From the NCBI RefSeq assembly GCF_004010195.1, contig NC_057719.1, forward strand, positions 25,618,663 through 25,682,662: a DNA stretch of 64,000 bases, in the 5' to 3' direction. Position 1 is the first letter of the stretch. Every line of letters starts with the position of its first letter. This DNA comes from Chiloscyllium plagiosum. Its lineage: Eukaryota. A program made the position numbers and the translations under genes. Shown here in pieces: positions 1-13,254 of the stretch. Under the pieces are notes generated by a model. It did not search any database. It had not been told where the DNA came from and saw nothing but the letters and a program-made list of their open reading frames with translations.

Positions 1-272
1 TTTTTCCCCGGGTACAATAGAGTGTTACAAGGGGACATAAATTTACGGTGAAGGGTGGAAGGTATAGGGGAGATGTCAGGGGTGGGTTCTTTACCCAGAG
101 AGTGGTGGGGGCATGGAATGCGCTGCCTGTGGGAGTGGCAGAGTCAGAATCATTGGTGACCTTTAAGCGGCAATTGGATAGGTACATGGATAGGTGCTTA
201 AGCTAGGACAAATGTTCGACACAACATCGTGGGCCGAAGGGCCTGTTCTGTGCTGAATTGTTCTATGTTCTA
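1..272 (+). mobile_element. 3' end of a young CR1 LINE with (TTCTATG)n tail
   Basis: Nearly identical to 28087-28352; encodes the FFTQRVVGAWNALP C-terminus of CR1 ORF2. Confidence 0.9.
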
Positions 273-555
273 GAACTTTGCAACACAAAAAGGAGGCCAT
301 TCAACCTATCATGTCTGAATCATCTCCTGAAAGAGGTACTCAGCTAGTCCCACACTCCAGCCCTATCTCTGTAACCCTCTAACTTCATCACTTCCAAATA
401 GACATCCAGCTCTCTTTTACAACCTCCTATGAAATCCACCTCCACCACTCTCCCAGGCAGTGCATTCCAAATCCTAACAACTGAGTAAAGAAGTTTCTCC
501 TCATCTCATTACTCTCTTGCTGAAAATCTTGAAATTGTGACCCCTAGTTACTGAT

Positions 556-1500
556 GTTAGCAGGAGAGCAAGACATGGTTTGGCTCTTGAACCATAAAGG
601 TTACAGGACATTTAGGAGTGACAGGAAAGTAGGAAATAGTGGAGGGGTGACTCTGTTAGTTAAGGATGGAGTTCACACACTAGAGAGGGAAAGCATCAGT
701 TCAGAAAACCAAGATGTGGAAGTGGTTTTGGTAGAAATAAGTATTGATGAAGGGAAGTAGTCACTTGTGGGAGTGCTGTATAGGTCCCTTAACTGTAACC
801 ATACAGTAGGATGAGGCAAAGGAAGAAATAATTGCAACTTGTCAAAACAGCACAGCGATAATGATGGGAAATTTTCATCTACATATTGACTGGAACAGTC
901 AGAAAGGCAAAGGTAGTCTGGATGAGAAGTTCATAGAATGTTTTTAAGATAGCTTCTAGAATATCATGTACTGAAGCCAACAAGAGAGCAGGCTACACCA
1001 GACCTGAAGTTGTGCATAGGATTAATTAACGATCCCACAGTGAAGGCTTCGCTAGGTGGCAACGACCAGATGATTGAATGGTTTTATTCAATTTGAGGGG
1101 TGGGTTCAAGACTTTTGTTAAAAATTTTAGAAAGGCAAACATGAGGGCACTAAAGAGTGAACTGGCTAATTAGGCTAAAATATGTTAATATTGACGCAAC
1201 ATTTAAGAGGACATTTCTGAATATACACAGAATAAACAGATTCCAACGAAGTAATAAACATTCCAAGGTACAGATCCACTATCTGTGGTTAACTAGAAAT
1301 TTTAAACAAGCTATCCAACTTAAAGCAAGTTAAATCAGATGCAAAAACAGGTAGCAGGTCAGCAGATTGGACAGAATATTTTTTAAAAAAGCAAAAGATG
1401 GCCAAAATATCTAATTAAGGGTGAAACTTAGAATGAGAGAAAGCTAACCAGAAATACGTAACAACATAGAAAGAGCTTCTAGTTTAAACAGAAATTAACA
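556..1500 (+). mobile_element. Degraded CR1 ORF2 endonuclease fragment
   Basis: GYRTFRSDRK..GGVTLLVK resembles a CR1 APE domain; many stops. Confidence 0.7.
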
Positions 1501-2002
1501 AGGTAAGGCAGTGCACCAAAGCAAGCACTTCACACAGCCCACCCTGAGATAGTTTCTGTTAACATTCTCTCCACAGGGAGAAAAAAAAAACATGTGGGGT
1601 AGTTTCTCCCAAGTCACATTTGTGGAGTTAGGAATTTTCCCAGCCTTACATGCCAAAAATAGGGAAGGAATATTCAGACATTTATAACAGAGAAGGAAGC
1701 ATTTTTCCACTCAAACATGTGTGATCTTGACTCCTCTACCCCTGATGCTTTTGGGCACTCAAATGCTCCAGCATATAGAAGATAAATATCAGCAGATCTT
1801 TCAGTGCCAAGAGAAATCAGAGTGGAAGTGGGATCGATAGAGAAGTTCAATGTGATCTTACTGAATGAGGAGGCAGGTTCAAGGGGTCATATGATCAAAC
1901 CTGTTCCAATTTACATCCCCCTTGTGCAACACAGTCCAGGCTCCTCCTCCTAAAAGTTATGAAATAATGTTATTATAGGGAATGAAAAATTCAAATTCCT
2001 AC

Positions 2003-2092
2003 CAGATTTCCGTACTCTTGTACATGACTGGTATTGGTCCGCTTCTTTACAATTTTGAATTGTTTGTGGAGCGATTCTTTTCTAAGGTCCTC
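2003..2092 (-). CDS. LGMN: Legumain coding exon 9: [30 protein letters not shown] (gene continues, later exons not found in window)
   Basis: 90 bp, TAG/GTAGG boundaries; matches [30 protein letters not shown]. Confidence 0.97.
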
Positions 2093-2859
2093 CTATAAAG
2101 AATAGGAATGGAAATAGATTTCTTCAATATCACAAAATTATTTCCACATATTAATACACAGCAGCCAGCTGGGTTTCAAACATACCAAAGGCATGTGATG
2201 TGGTATAAACTTTGTCCTCCAAAAAAAAAGGCAAATTTCTACATTTACAGCATAAATAACCCAAGTCATAAATGAAAGTGCTTTATCAGCATTTCTCAAT
2301 TATACTTTCTTGATGTTTTTCAATTTTGAGTTAGAGCAATTTAATAAAATCCAAAATGCTTTCTTTTGCATCATGTTACTTAATCATGTCGTCACATAGA
2401 ATTTGAGCATTGCTAAAAAAAAGAAAATATTTTGTAGAAGCTGTTAGCTTTGCACTCATCAGGACAATTGGCAAGAATTAAAAAAGGAAACCAACATTTA
2501 TACTGTAAAAGCAGAGATGTTGATTGGTCGGCAGCTGGACTCTGAATGATAGAGGCATTACCAAAAGAATGCACCAGTTAATAATGAATGACAGTAAACT
2601 TTGTTAAAACTTTAAATCAGGTAGGCTAATTCTGGTTCATCAGGCAATAACCTGAGAAGTGAAACAGCAAATGGCTGTCACTTATTTTGCCCGGTGAAGC
2701 AGGTAAAAAATCATGTTTTTATATGACTTCACGCCAATCTTCTGTCTTCTCCCTGTAACCAATACACCCTTTTCTTTTGTTCTTGTGCACTGACCTCTGA
2801 GGTTCATGAGCACCACTGACTTTTGAAACATGAAGTTAATGAGTAGGAGCCCCAACTGG

Positions 2860-3470
2860 CATGTGCAGAACCTTGGGGGATATTCAGCCCGGCTGTGCAG
2901 CTTAGACAGAATGTTATCTCTAACCCTGTTCATTGTTCATCTTCAAGATCATTATCAATTGCCCTCTTGAATGCCTGAATTGAACCTGCCTCCACCACAT
3001 GTCTAGGCAGTGCATTCCTGACTTGCTGTATGAAAATGTTCACTTTCCCACTGCATGTTTGTTTCAAAATCACTTTAAAATCTGTACCTTCTCTTGATTC
3101 TTTTGTGCATTGTTAAACAGGAACAGTTTCTCCCTATCCTTATCAAGCCCCCTCATGATTTTGAGAAGTTCCTCATATCTCAGCCTTTTCCTCTCCTAAG
3201 AAAACTGTCCAAACTTCACCCATCTTTCTTCAGAACTGAAGGTTCTCATGCCTGCAATCATGTATGAGTTCAGCAAAACTCCTGCCTCATGAACTCTATG
3301 ACCTTATTAATCAATCCTAAAGATACTATATTCCTTTTAACCGCTTTATCCATCTGATCTGCCACTGCTAAAGTTTTATATACATATACACTCAGATTCT
3401 TCTGCTCCTGCACTGCCTTTTGAATTGTACCCCTTATTTTATGTTGTCTCACCACATTCTTCCTTCCAAA
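2860..3470 (-). mobile_element. Degraded CR1 3' fragment
   Basis: Minus-strand ORF with VQEQKNLSVYV..VADQMDKAVK, typical of the CR1 RT C-terminal region. Confidence 0.6.
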
Positions 3471-3785
3471 ATGGGAAACTCCTGAAACATTACTATTCCA
3501 TTATTTATATTGTGTATTGTGACAAAATTTGGTTACCTGAATATACTCACTGTCCATCAAGTTTGACTTTTCCTTTATAGCAGGACACCAATGTATTTCT
3601 AAACACAAGGAGATCATTTTGCCAGGGAGTTTTGGGTAGTGACCGATTTATATTGGACCAATATTTATACCAATTCTAGTTCATAGGTAACCACTTTGGA
3701 AGGAGAGAGAGTTGTGAATGTATAAAAGTAACTTACTCTGCAACCTGTGTGATTAACATTGCCATTTTGATGCATTGCTACAAAC

Positions 3786-3904
3786 CTGGTCAGAGTCTTC
3801 CATCCACATGACACTGTACACATCACCCAAGTAGGTCTGTCTTTCATCATCATAGTAACAGGCATATGATGATTCCTGTTCATTGGCAGCAGTAGTGGCA
3901 AATA
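3786..3904 (-). CDS. LGMN: Legumain coding exon 8: [39 protein letters not shown]
   Basis: 119 bp, phase 1 to 0, TTTCAG/GT boundaries; matches [37 protein letters not shown]. Confidence 0.98.
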
Positions 3905-4384
3905 CTGAAATCAGAATGGTAGAGTTTAATGGAAAAAAAAGTGAGGCGGGGGGGGGGGGGAAGGAGGAAATAGTGATTTGTGGGTAAAAGGTGTACAGTT
4001 CAAATACTGAAGGAAAATGCTAGAAAATTATGTATTTCCTACTTAAATAGCAAAAAGATTAACAAAAAACTTTCAAAGATGGGACTGTGCTACTTAAAAG
4101 ACAATTAGATTATTGCTAAAATCTACTAAAGTCACAGTGGGTACATGAAGAATAGAAACAAAAATAACTTGCATTTATACAGTACCTTTTAATTTATAAA
4201 ACACTAAGAAGGGAAATGGGCAAGAGCATCATGGGAAGTTATTTGCTTTAGCAGTAAAAATAAAGCAGCATCATTTTTAAGAGTTGTGAAACTTGTAAAT
4301 GTTATTTGAGAAACAGGCAAACCCATTCAGGCAATTAGGAAGGTAAATGGCAAAGGACTGGAGTGAAAAAAATAAGGAACCATA

Positions 4385-4562
4385 AGAAAATGCTGGAATA
4401 ACTCATCAGGTCTGGCTGCCATCTTTGGGGACAGGAGTAGAGTTAACATTTTGATCCAATATGACTCTTCATCAGGGTTTCAAGATTCAAAGTTGAACCT
4501 TACTGTACTCGAAACATTAATTCTGTTCCTCTCTCCATAGATGCTACCAGATCCTGCTGGGA
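4385..4562. mobile_element. Old inverted pair of Penelope-type short elements with degenerate hammerhead core
   Basis: Left arm (minus) reads CTGATGAagagtc..; right arm (plus) reads GAAACattaattctg..atgctaccagatcctgctg. Same family as 23240, 52255 and 58805. Confidence 0.6.
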
Positions 4563-4689
4563 TTGGCTCCTAGCTGTGGCCCAAGTGACTAATGCAGATT
4601 GGGGCAGGGGAAGGGGAGCTGGGCAATCAGGAAGGTGTTCAGGTGGATTGATAAAAAGGAAGCACTGAAGATTTGGGAAGGCTGGGCAG

Positions 4690-5215
4690 TGTATTCCTGG
4701 GAATAAATAGCAGGAATAACTTTTATATCTGTACCATCGTTTGTACTGCACTTTACTCTCCTTTGCATCTCTCCTGAATCATTTGGTCCTGATTGTCATA
4801 TCATGCTCCAAATTCTAGAATCCCCAACCAGTGGAAATACTTTATCTATGCTGTCTTTTCCTGTTAATATCATGGATACTTTGATCTGATCACCCCATAA
4901 CCTTCTAAGTTCTGGAGTAAACAGGCCTGATTTGTATAATCTCTGCTCAGTAACTTAACCCCTAAAGTATAAGTATCATTCTTGTAAACCCATATTTTCC
5001 TCCTTCCAAGGTCAATATATCTTCCCGACATATAGTGTCCAGATCTTCTCACAGTACTCCAAGTGGGGTTTAACTAGGGCTTTGTATACCTGCAGAATAG
5101 GAGACATGTTCTGTAGATTTAAAGGACAGTATTCTATTGGTCTTAATTATTTTCTGCATTTGTTTGTGATATTTTAAAGATTTATTCACCTGAATCCCCA
5201 GGTTGCTTTGGGCAT
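4690..5215 (-). mobile_element. Degraded CR1 3' fragment
   Basis: Reverse complement matches the CR1 ORF2 C-terminal and 3' UTR pattern of other copies in this window. Confidence 0.55.
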
Positions 5216-5494
5216 CATAGTCGGAGATGGAGAGGCTCTGGCTCATTTATGGGAAGCAAGGAAGGCAGAAGGATATTCAGTGAGTAACACACTTAAACTG
5301 ATTATATTAATTAGCCTTTAGAAAGCCATTGGGGAAAAGTTTGGAATTCCAAATTATAAAAATCTAACACTCACTTTAAACATTAGAAAATATATGATTT
5401 GACATTTACAACAAAAACCATTTTTTGGAGCATTCTAGTATTGAGCTTTATGGTTTCCACGCAAGATAAAATGTTAACCTATGAATTTTCATAC

Positions 5495-5561
5495 CATTAA
5501 TGTTCCTTGGCAGGTCTAACATCATCGATCCAGATTCACAAGCTTCAATGTAAAACACCAT
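5495..5561 (-). CDS. LGMN: Legumain coding exon 7 (catalytic Cys): MVFYIEACESGSMMLDLPRNIN(V)
   Basis: 67 bp, TTGCAG/GTATG boundaries; EACESGSM catalytic motif. Confidence 0.98.
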
Positions 5562-5644
5562 CTGCAAAAGAGGTATAATGGGTCACCAAACCTGAACCTT
5601 AGCATACACGATTTAGAGACATTGGTGTTGGACTGGGGTGTACA

Positions 5645-5867
5645 AAGTTAAAAATCACACAACACCAGGTTATACTCCAACAGTTTATTTGGAAGCACTG
5701 GCTTTCAGAGCACTGCGTCTTCATCAGGTGATTGTGGAGAATAAGATTATGAGACACAGTTTTACAATCTTATTCTCCACAACCACCTGATGGAGCAGCA
5801 CTCCGAAAGCTAACGCTTCCAAATAAACCAGTTAGACTATAACCTGGTGTTGTGTGATTTTCAACTT
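5645..5867. mobile_element. Palindromic Penelope-derived element (about 100-bp inverted arms, hammerhead-like cores)
   Basis: 5645-5748 is the imperfect reverse complement of 5766-5867; both arms carry CTGATG(A)..GAAAGC. Confidence 0.75.
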
Positions 5868-7899
5868 GGCATAAACAATCTCAAAACTTGCTTGTCGTGA
5901 CCCCAGCTGATGTTAATAATGGACACACCATATTCCCAAATAAACCCTGGCCTGTTAGATACCAACTTTACATATTTTTTAAAAATGACCGTAGGAGGTC
6001 AGTAGGAGGTCAATTTCTAAACACATTTATAAGAGGTGGCTGGTGTACTTTTGACACAAGTAAAAGATTTATCAACACAAACACAAGATTCAATTACAGA
6101 TATCAGAAAAGATATTAAAAACAAAAATCACACTATTCCTTTCATCCCAGTAACATCCAGAAAAATAGCTAACCCTTAGAGAAGAGACATTATTATCTTC
6201 ACACCAAGGCTTTTTGCTCAGGCCCAGGCAGATGCAGCTGCAACTGGTTTCGTTTTGGCAAATTTGTGTGTGTTCACAGGGCATTATTTTTGTCCAGCTG
6301 TTATTTTTCCCCTGAGACACTTAAAAACAGTCTACAAACTAAACTCATGTCTTTAACTTCAATGCAAACATGATTTTTCAATATTCAGATGCCTGCATCC
6401 TTGACTCTATTTTCTGGCACCACTGACAGACCAACTTTCCAGATTGTTCTCATCTCGGTGTGAGAATTTTGTTTTCCTGTACTGCTTTTGATCCAAAAAG
6501 GGCTTAAAATCTAAAATGTACATAAACACAAAAATAATTAATTCAACTTCAAGCAATACATTTTTTGAAAGCTTTGGAATATGGAAAGGCACCAAAACCT
6601 CTGCCTTTGTTGAATTAAGAACAAACATAAAATGAAGGTTTAGGCAGTAGATGTGGAAGATAATCACAACCACAGAATAACAGTCAACAGCACTGCAAAT
6701 TACATATTAATTTCAAGTCACAGAAGAAACCATTTAGGAAATGATTAACTGCCAAAAATAAGCTGTGTGCCATCACAGCAATTCATATACATTTGTACTG
6801 CATTTTTGCAAGACATTTCAAAGCAAATTCAGGCTATTTGCATAATCTGGGCAGTAGGTTTGAAACAGTAAAAGTTCAACCAATTCAGAGTTCACAACAC
6901 AGCTGAGTGATTGGAAACGATTTGATTTACTAGAACACTACATTCTTAAACACCAGTCAGTCAATACATTAGCAAAACAGATAAGTTATTGTATACAACC
7001 ATTAAGGTCTTCACAATTCAATACAAATCTCAAGGAAAGAAAAACCCAGATGTTTCAAAGTCTACTGCTTAACTTTGTTCAATACCATTTTCTTTGATTC
7101 TGTTTTGCTTTTGCATCTTCTCTACGTGTACTGATCTCGCCAGAGATAAAGTTGCCAGAGTAAAATTTGTACAGTCTGTTGTACCTGCAGGAAACACGTG
7201 CTACTTCTCAAATATCGTCAACCTAGTTTTTGATTAAAAGATCCTCATCTGCTGGCATAAATGTATACCATACATATGCTTCAGCAAAACAGGAATTCAT
7301 TTCACCATTTTAATTAATTAGTTTGATTCCTCTTTAGGATAGAGAGCTCACCAAGAAAAGATGCAGTCCAGCAAACAAATAAAGTTGCAAGACCAAAGGC
7401 ATTCTGTTTTAACTATATAGTAGCCTAAACTCAGAACTTATTTGACTCCATCTTTTGGCACAGATCCAGAATACTAAAAGTGTGCGTGCAGAAAAGGTGG
7501 TGTTAAAGCATTTGTTTATATCAAACGTAGACAATGTCATGCATGGCTAACCTCCCTTCTTCCTCCGTTTGAACTAATGGCCTAATAAAATGTTTGAGTG
7601 ACAATGTGCCTCTGAATGAAGTGTTTGCATATAATGGTTAGATGTAACATATGTCTGTTGGGTTCCATAATACCATGATATTCACATCTAGTTTCTTAGG
7701 TTATGCATTGGGTAAGGACATCCAATTGGAGACTGCAAACTCACACTGATCTTCTCTTGCTCAACAAACCTCACTTCCTCCAGTTTTGGTGTCGTCTGCA
7801 CAACCCCAAATTTACCCAAAACGGACAATGCTACAGAAATCCTAGGAGTGTTTTTGAGCAGTAAGAGTGTATCAACACTATGTTTTTGAGGAAAAATAA

Positions 7900-9440
7900 A
7901 CACAGTGTTCTGTTTGTTTTTGGGTATATTCTGGGTCTGTAGATTGTTTAGGGTAGAGATGGCTTTCAGTAGAGTGATGTGCTTTCGCTGGAAGATCAGG
8001 GAGAATTTCAATGTCCCTGGAGATTATGCCTACAGGAAGTGTGTTTGGATGGGAATCCTAATGGATTGCATGGATCGGTTGGAACAGCAGTCAGAGGCAA
8101 ATGAGGAATTTACAGGACCTACGGAGAGTGATGAATGGTGTCAGGTAGATGGGTTACTGCTAGGAAAGGTAGGCAGGAGTGTCCTGTGACTATCTCCATT
8201 TCAAACAAGTATGCTGTTTTGGTCAGTGATGGCCTCTCAGGGGAACATGGTACCTGAAACCTGGCTCTTCGTACTAAGATTGGCTCTACTGTACTGGGGA
8301 ATATGCCAGATTGCAAGCGATCGATTGTGATTGAGGACCCTCTAGTCAGATGCACAGATTATTTCAATTCTGACATTGAGACATCAGAATGGCATGTTGC
8401 CTCTCAGGTGCAGGGTCAAGGATATCTTGGAGAGTGTGCAAAATATTCTCAAAAGGGGAGAGGGACCAGCAGGAGGTCATAGTACCAATGACATAGGATG
8501 AGAAAGGGATAAAGGTTCTGCAGACAGAATATTGGAAATTAGGCAAGAAATTAAAAAGTAGGTCCTCGAAGGTAGTAACATCTGGATTACTCCTTGTGTC
8601 ATACATTGGTAAGATTAGGAATAGGAGGATAGAGCAGATGAATGCATGGCTGAGAAGCTGATGCAGGAGGCAAGCATTCACATTTTTTAGATAATTGGGG
8701 TAGAAGTGGACTGTATAAGAAGGGTGAGTTGCACTTGAATTGGAAGGAGACCAATATTCTGGCTGGCAGAACATGGAACTGGCATATCGTAGCAATTACA
8801 GAAATGTAGCTCAGGGAGGGGCAAGTTTGACAGCTGAATGTTCCAGGGTAAGAAAGGGATGATCACATTGTTGGGATTGTACTAAAGGCCCCTCCCACCT
8901 GTCAGTGGGAAATTGAAAAGCAAATATGTAAGGAGATCTCAGTTATCTGTAAGAATAATAGGTTTATCATACTATGGGAATTTAACTTTCCAAACATAGA
9001 CTGGGACTGCCATAATGGCTTGGATGGCAAGGAATCGGTTAAATGGACACAAGAACATTTTTTGAGTCAATATTTGGATGCACCTAAGAGAAGGAGCAAA
9101 GCTTGGGAAGTAAGGCAGGGCAAGTGACAAAGCAGTCAGTGGTGGAGCACTTTTGGGCCAGTTTTAAAATAATTATAGAAAAGGATAGACCGGATTTAAA
9201 ACTTCTAAATGGGGGGGGGGGGGGGGAAGAGTGGAGAAAGGTCAATTGTGACAGTATTATACAAGAAGTTCCAAAAGTTTATTGAGGGGATGGATATTTG
9301 CATGTAAAAGGACAGCTAGAAAGTGGGAAGACTTCAAAAATGAAATAATGAGAATCCAGGGTCTATGTGCTTGCTAGTGCGAAGGACAAGGGAATTCTGG
9401 ATGACTAGAGAAATTGAAGCGCTGGTCAAGAAAAAGAAGG
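7900..9440 (+). mobile_element. Degraded CR1 5' portion (ORF1 zinc finger/esterase and start of ORF2)
   Basis: Collinear with 61390-63760 (MAFSRV.., KYAVL, EKDRPDLK) with internal deletions. Confidence 0.85.
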
Positions 9441-9721
9441 CACTTTTTTTTATTCATTCATAAGATGTGGGTGTCACTGGCAAGGCCAGCAGTTATTGCC
9501 CAGAGGGCAGTTAAGAGTCAACATAGCTGCAGATCTGGAGTCACATGTAGACCAGACCAGGTAAGGCTGGCAGTTTTCTTCCCTAAAGGACATCAGTGAA
9601 TCAGTTGGGCTTTTCTTGACAATTGTTTCATTAAACTCTTAGTTCCAGATGTTTACTAAATTCAAATGTCACCATCTGCCAATAATAGGATTTGAACCGG
9701 AGTACCCAGGACATCTCTGGA
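9441..9721 (-). mobile_element. tRNA-derived SINE with LINE-shared tail
   Basis: Reverse-complement homology to the SINE at 15582-15925. Confidence 0.7.
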
Positions 9722-10505
9722 TTAGCATCAGAACATTATTTCAAAGAGCCAACACACACTGCAGCACAGAGGAACTGCGCAGGGCAGAGGAAAATCACCT
9801 ATACTGTGTATTCAAAATGAATGGGTACCCAATGAACACGGTCTGCCGATTTCTCAGCAACAAACCCAAACAAGCAGAAAAAACACGTCCAGAAACCCTA
9901 ACCACTCTCCACTACATCAAAGACATCTCGGAAATGACTGCCAGACTACTCAGACCCCTTAGCATCATGGTAGCCCACAAAGCCACCAATACACTAAAGC
10001 AGCAGCTAATGAAATTGAAAGACCCAATGAGCAAGACTAATGTCATTTACAAAATGGACAAACAGACAGAAAACTAGCCACCAGGATACATGAACACCAA
10101 CTAGTCACAAAAAGACATGACCCTCTATCACTAGTATCCTTCCATACAGATAAGAAAGGACACCACTTTGACTGGGACAACACATCCATCCTAGGACAAG
10201 CCAAACAAAGGCACACACGAGAATTCCTAGAAGCATGGCATTCCAACCGGAACTCTAGACCCCATCTACTACCCCCTGAGAAAAGGAACAGGAAGTGACT
10301 TCACCACAGGAAATGATATCACCAACCCAAAGAAACGCAAACAAACATAAATAGAAAGCAGGAATTTTCAGCATTGCTTCACCTGAGGCCCACTGAAGAT
10401 GTTGCCTAGTAGGGTAACAAAACGTCTGGAAATGAACCTTCCAGCTCAGCGAGCAAACTTACATCCAAAACTTCAACCTGAGCTACAAAACTTCTCAAAA
10501 TTTGC
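9722..10505 (+). mobile_element. 5'-truncated Penelope-like retroelement (RT C-terminus, GIY-YIG region, 3' end with hammerhead motif)
   Basis: IRTLFQRANTHCS..NGYP..YIKDISE..RLLR..NVIYK, then after a frameshift KLATRIHEHQ..HFDWDNTSILGQAKQRHTREFLEAWHS; 3' CTGAAGA..AAAACGTC. Confidence 0.88.
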
Positions 10506-10862
10506 TAAAATAAAACAGATGCTAAGCTCACAAACACATATACTTTATTCTACATCTCTAAGTATAAGCATCCCATACAATTCTTGGTGATTTTAATTGG
10601 CTACAACTAAGTTCTGAATATTTTCCTTAAAAAGATAGGCTGGTATAATTTCTCTGCTCCACCCCCACACAATACACACATACACAGTGTTTAGTATTGG
10701 TTTAAGAGGCACATTCTGGGCAAGGTCTCAAGTTCACCTTACAGTGACACCCACAGTTCCTCTTAAATCTTGGTAAAACAGACTTCTAACCTGAATTCTA
10801 TCGGGTCCCACTAACCGGCCCCTTTTTTCACATTCTGTTATAGCTGAAAAGTTCTAAAATAC

Positions 10863-10925
10863 CTTAGCATATTTCTCATGTTTGTGCATATGTCTAATGG
10901 TTCTTTGCAGATCATCAACTTGAAG
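10863..10925 (-). CDS. LGMN: Legumain coding exon 6: LQVDDLQRTIRHMHKHEKYAK
   Basis: 63 bp, phase 0/0, TTTTTAG/GT boundaries; matches [21 protein letters not shown]. Confidence 0.95.
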
Positions 10926-11259
10926 CTAAAAAGAAAACAAAAAAACACAAAGCTTCAATCAGCAATTTTGTAGAAGTCAAGAATTAAACAAAGATTCAAG
11001 AACAGTTAAAACACAAACTTTTCAGATTTATATTACAGCATGTGATCATTTGAAGGTAGGAAAAACATTTTAAAGGATTAGATAACCCAACACAGCCAGC
11101 TTCATCTTTCACCATGTCGGTGAGGCAATTAAGTAAACTAGCAAATCAGTTTCAATTCACAGAGAATCATTAAGGGCTTTTTTAAAAATTGTTACACGTC
11201 AAAAGGAGGATGTGATCGAAACAGTACATAGAAACAGCTCGAGGGAATAATAAGATAAC

Positions 11260-12256
11260 CATTAAATTCTTTGAGGTGGTAACAAGCAAGTTAGACAAAG
11301 GAGAGCCAGTGGACGTGATCTATCTGCATTTGCTGATAGCAGATAGTGACTAGTGAAGTTCCTCAGGGGTCAGCATTGGGACTGCAACTATTCATATTCT
11401 GTAATAATGATCTGGATTAAGGAACTGAGGGCGTTGTTGCTAAATTTGCAGATGACTACCAAGATAGGTTGAGAGACAGATAGTGTTGAGGATACAGGGA
11501 GGTTGCAGAGGGATTCGGACAAGCTAGGAGTCTGAGCAAAGAAGTGGCAGACAGAATACAAAGTAGGAAAATGAGAGGTTATGTTCCTTGGTAGGAGGAA
11601 TAGAGGCATACACTATTTTCTAAATGGCAAATGGTTTCAGAAAACAGAAGCACAAAAAGACTGAGGAGTCCTGGTTCAAGATTCTCTTAAGGTTAACATG
11701 CAGGTTCACTTGGCAGTTAGAAAGGCAACTGCAATGTTAGTATTAATTTCAAGAGAGCTAGAATACAAGAGCGGGATTGTAGTACTGAAGGTGTATAAGG
11801 CTCTAATCATACTGTATTTGGCAGACAGAGTAGGCCCATATCTAAGGAACGATGTGCTGGCCTCAAGTCCAGAGAAGGTTTACAAGAATGATTCTGGGGA
11901 TGAAGAGCTTATCGTATGAGGAGCCGCTGTGTGCTCTGGGTCTGTGTTCAATGGAGTTTAGAAGAATGGCAGGATCTCACTGAAACTTACAAAATACTGA
12001 GAGGCCTGAATAGAGTGGACACGGAGAAGATGTTTCCACTTGTAGGAGAGACTAGGACCGGGGGGTACAGCCTCCGAATAAAGGGATTACACTTTAGGGA
12101 AGGAATATCTGCAGCCAGAGGGTGGTGAAACTTGTGGGGATCAAGGGTTACAGGGAGGAGACAGGAAAATGGGATTGAGAAACAGCTCAGCCATTGGTGG
12201 AGCAGATTGATGGGCCAAAATGACTTAATTCTGTTCCTATACCTTATGGTCTTCTG
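11260..12256 (+). mobile_element. CR1 RT and 3' fragment
   Basis: PQGSALG, KFADD and ETYKILRGL..MFPLVGETRT motifs; (CTTATGGT) tail. Confidence 0.85.
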
Positions 12257-13178
12257 AGACAAATATGTCCCAGAAAATAAAGACAATTATCTGCAGAGCT
12301 GACAAGTACTATGGAAGTCAACAGATCTCCATTATGTCACAAGTGGATAATTTTTGCAACTTATAGTAATTGATGGTAGCTGTCTCCAAATTTGAGCATG
12401 GTCTATTCATTGATAGGAGTTTCTGTTATGGGCCATCCTGTATCTCAATAGGTTAATTGTTAACAGTAAATCTTAGTACACATGGGGAAGGATGTCTCAC
12501 ATGGTATGGGTTCAAATGGCACATTTGCTTAGTTTTCTTTCATTCTCTGCTACCACTCTGCTTCATCATTATAACAGCATGACTCAAATGGATGACGAGT
12601 TATCACCCTTCTGAACAATTGCAGCCAACTCCTTTCATTCACTAATATCAAGGAGGATTTCAGAGCATCAAGTGTTGTCTTTTAATGATATTATCATTTA
12701 AAATAAAAGCTACCAACAAACTATAAATGGAAAAGGTTGTAAAGGTGGAATATTGAACTGACAGGTTAACTTCTGCAAAAAAAAGGCATGAGATTGTGTG
12801 AAAGCAATTGCTTTATGTCAAATATGGACATTAACACAGATGGTTAACTTGCTTTGTTCACACAAGTAAGGAGGAAGGCAGAGTGAATTCACACAGATAC
12901 AAGCATGAGAATAATCTAAGTAGCAGCAATGGTCACCCCTAATGCTACCTGTACAATCTACTATTAACAGCATTGTGATCCTGTCAGAGAGAGATACATA
13001 GTTTTGATCTAAAAGATCAGTATGGCCGATGAACCACTTATTCTATTCAAATGTGAAATACATTCTTGCAATTCAACAACTGTAGAAGCTTAGATACTGA
13101 AGATGGCGTAAGCAGCCTCTAACAACAGACATCTATCCAACTACTCAATTGCAAGTGCTCATCAAAGAAGTTACTCAC

Positions 13179-13254
13179 ATCACTATTAGGAAATGCCAAT
13201 ATCCCATCAGCTCCATGATCAGCAAAATAAACAAAGACATGATCCTTGGGGCCA
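13179..13254 (-). CDS. LGMN: Legumain coding exon 5 (catalytic His): [25 protein letters not shown]
   Basis: 76 bp, CAG/GTGAGT boundaries; DHG catalytic motif of the C13 peptidase family. Confidence 0.97.

Noticed and set aside
6090..6320. Minus-strand peptide SGCYWDERNS resembling legumain YACYYDEKRS (possible duplicated exon)
   Set aside because: Similarity is limited to a few residues, the flanking motifs are missing, and the true exon is at 3786-3904.
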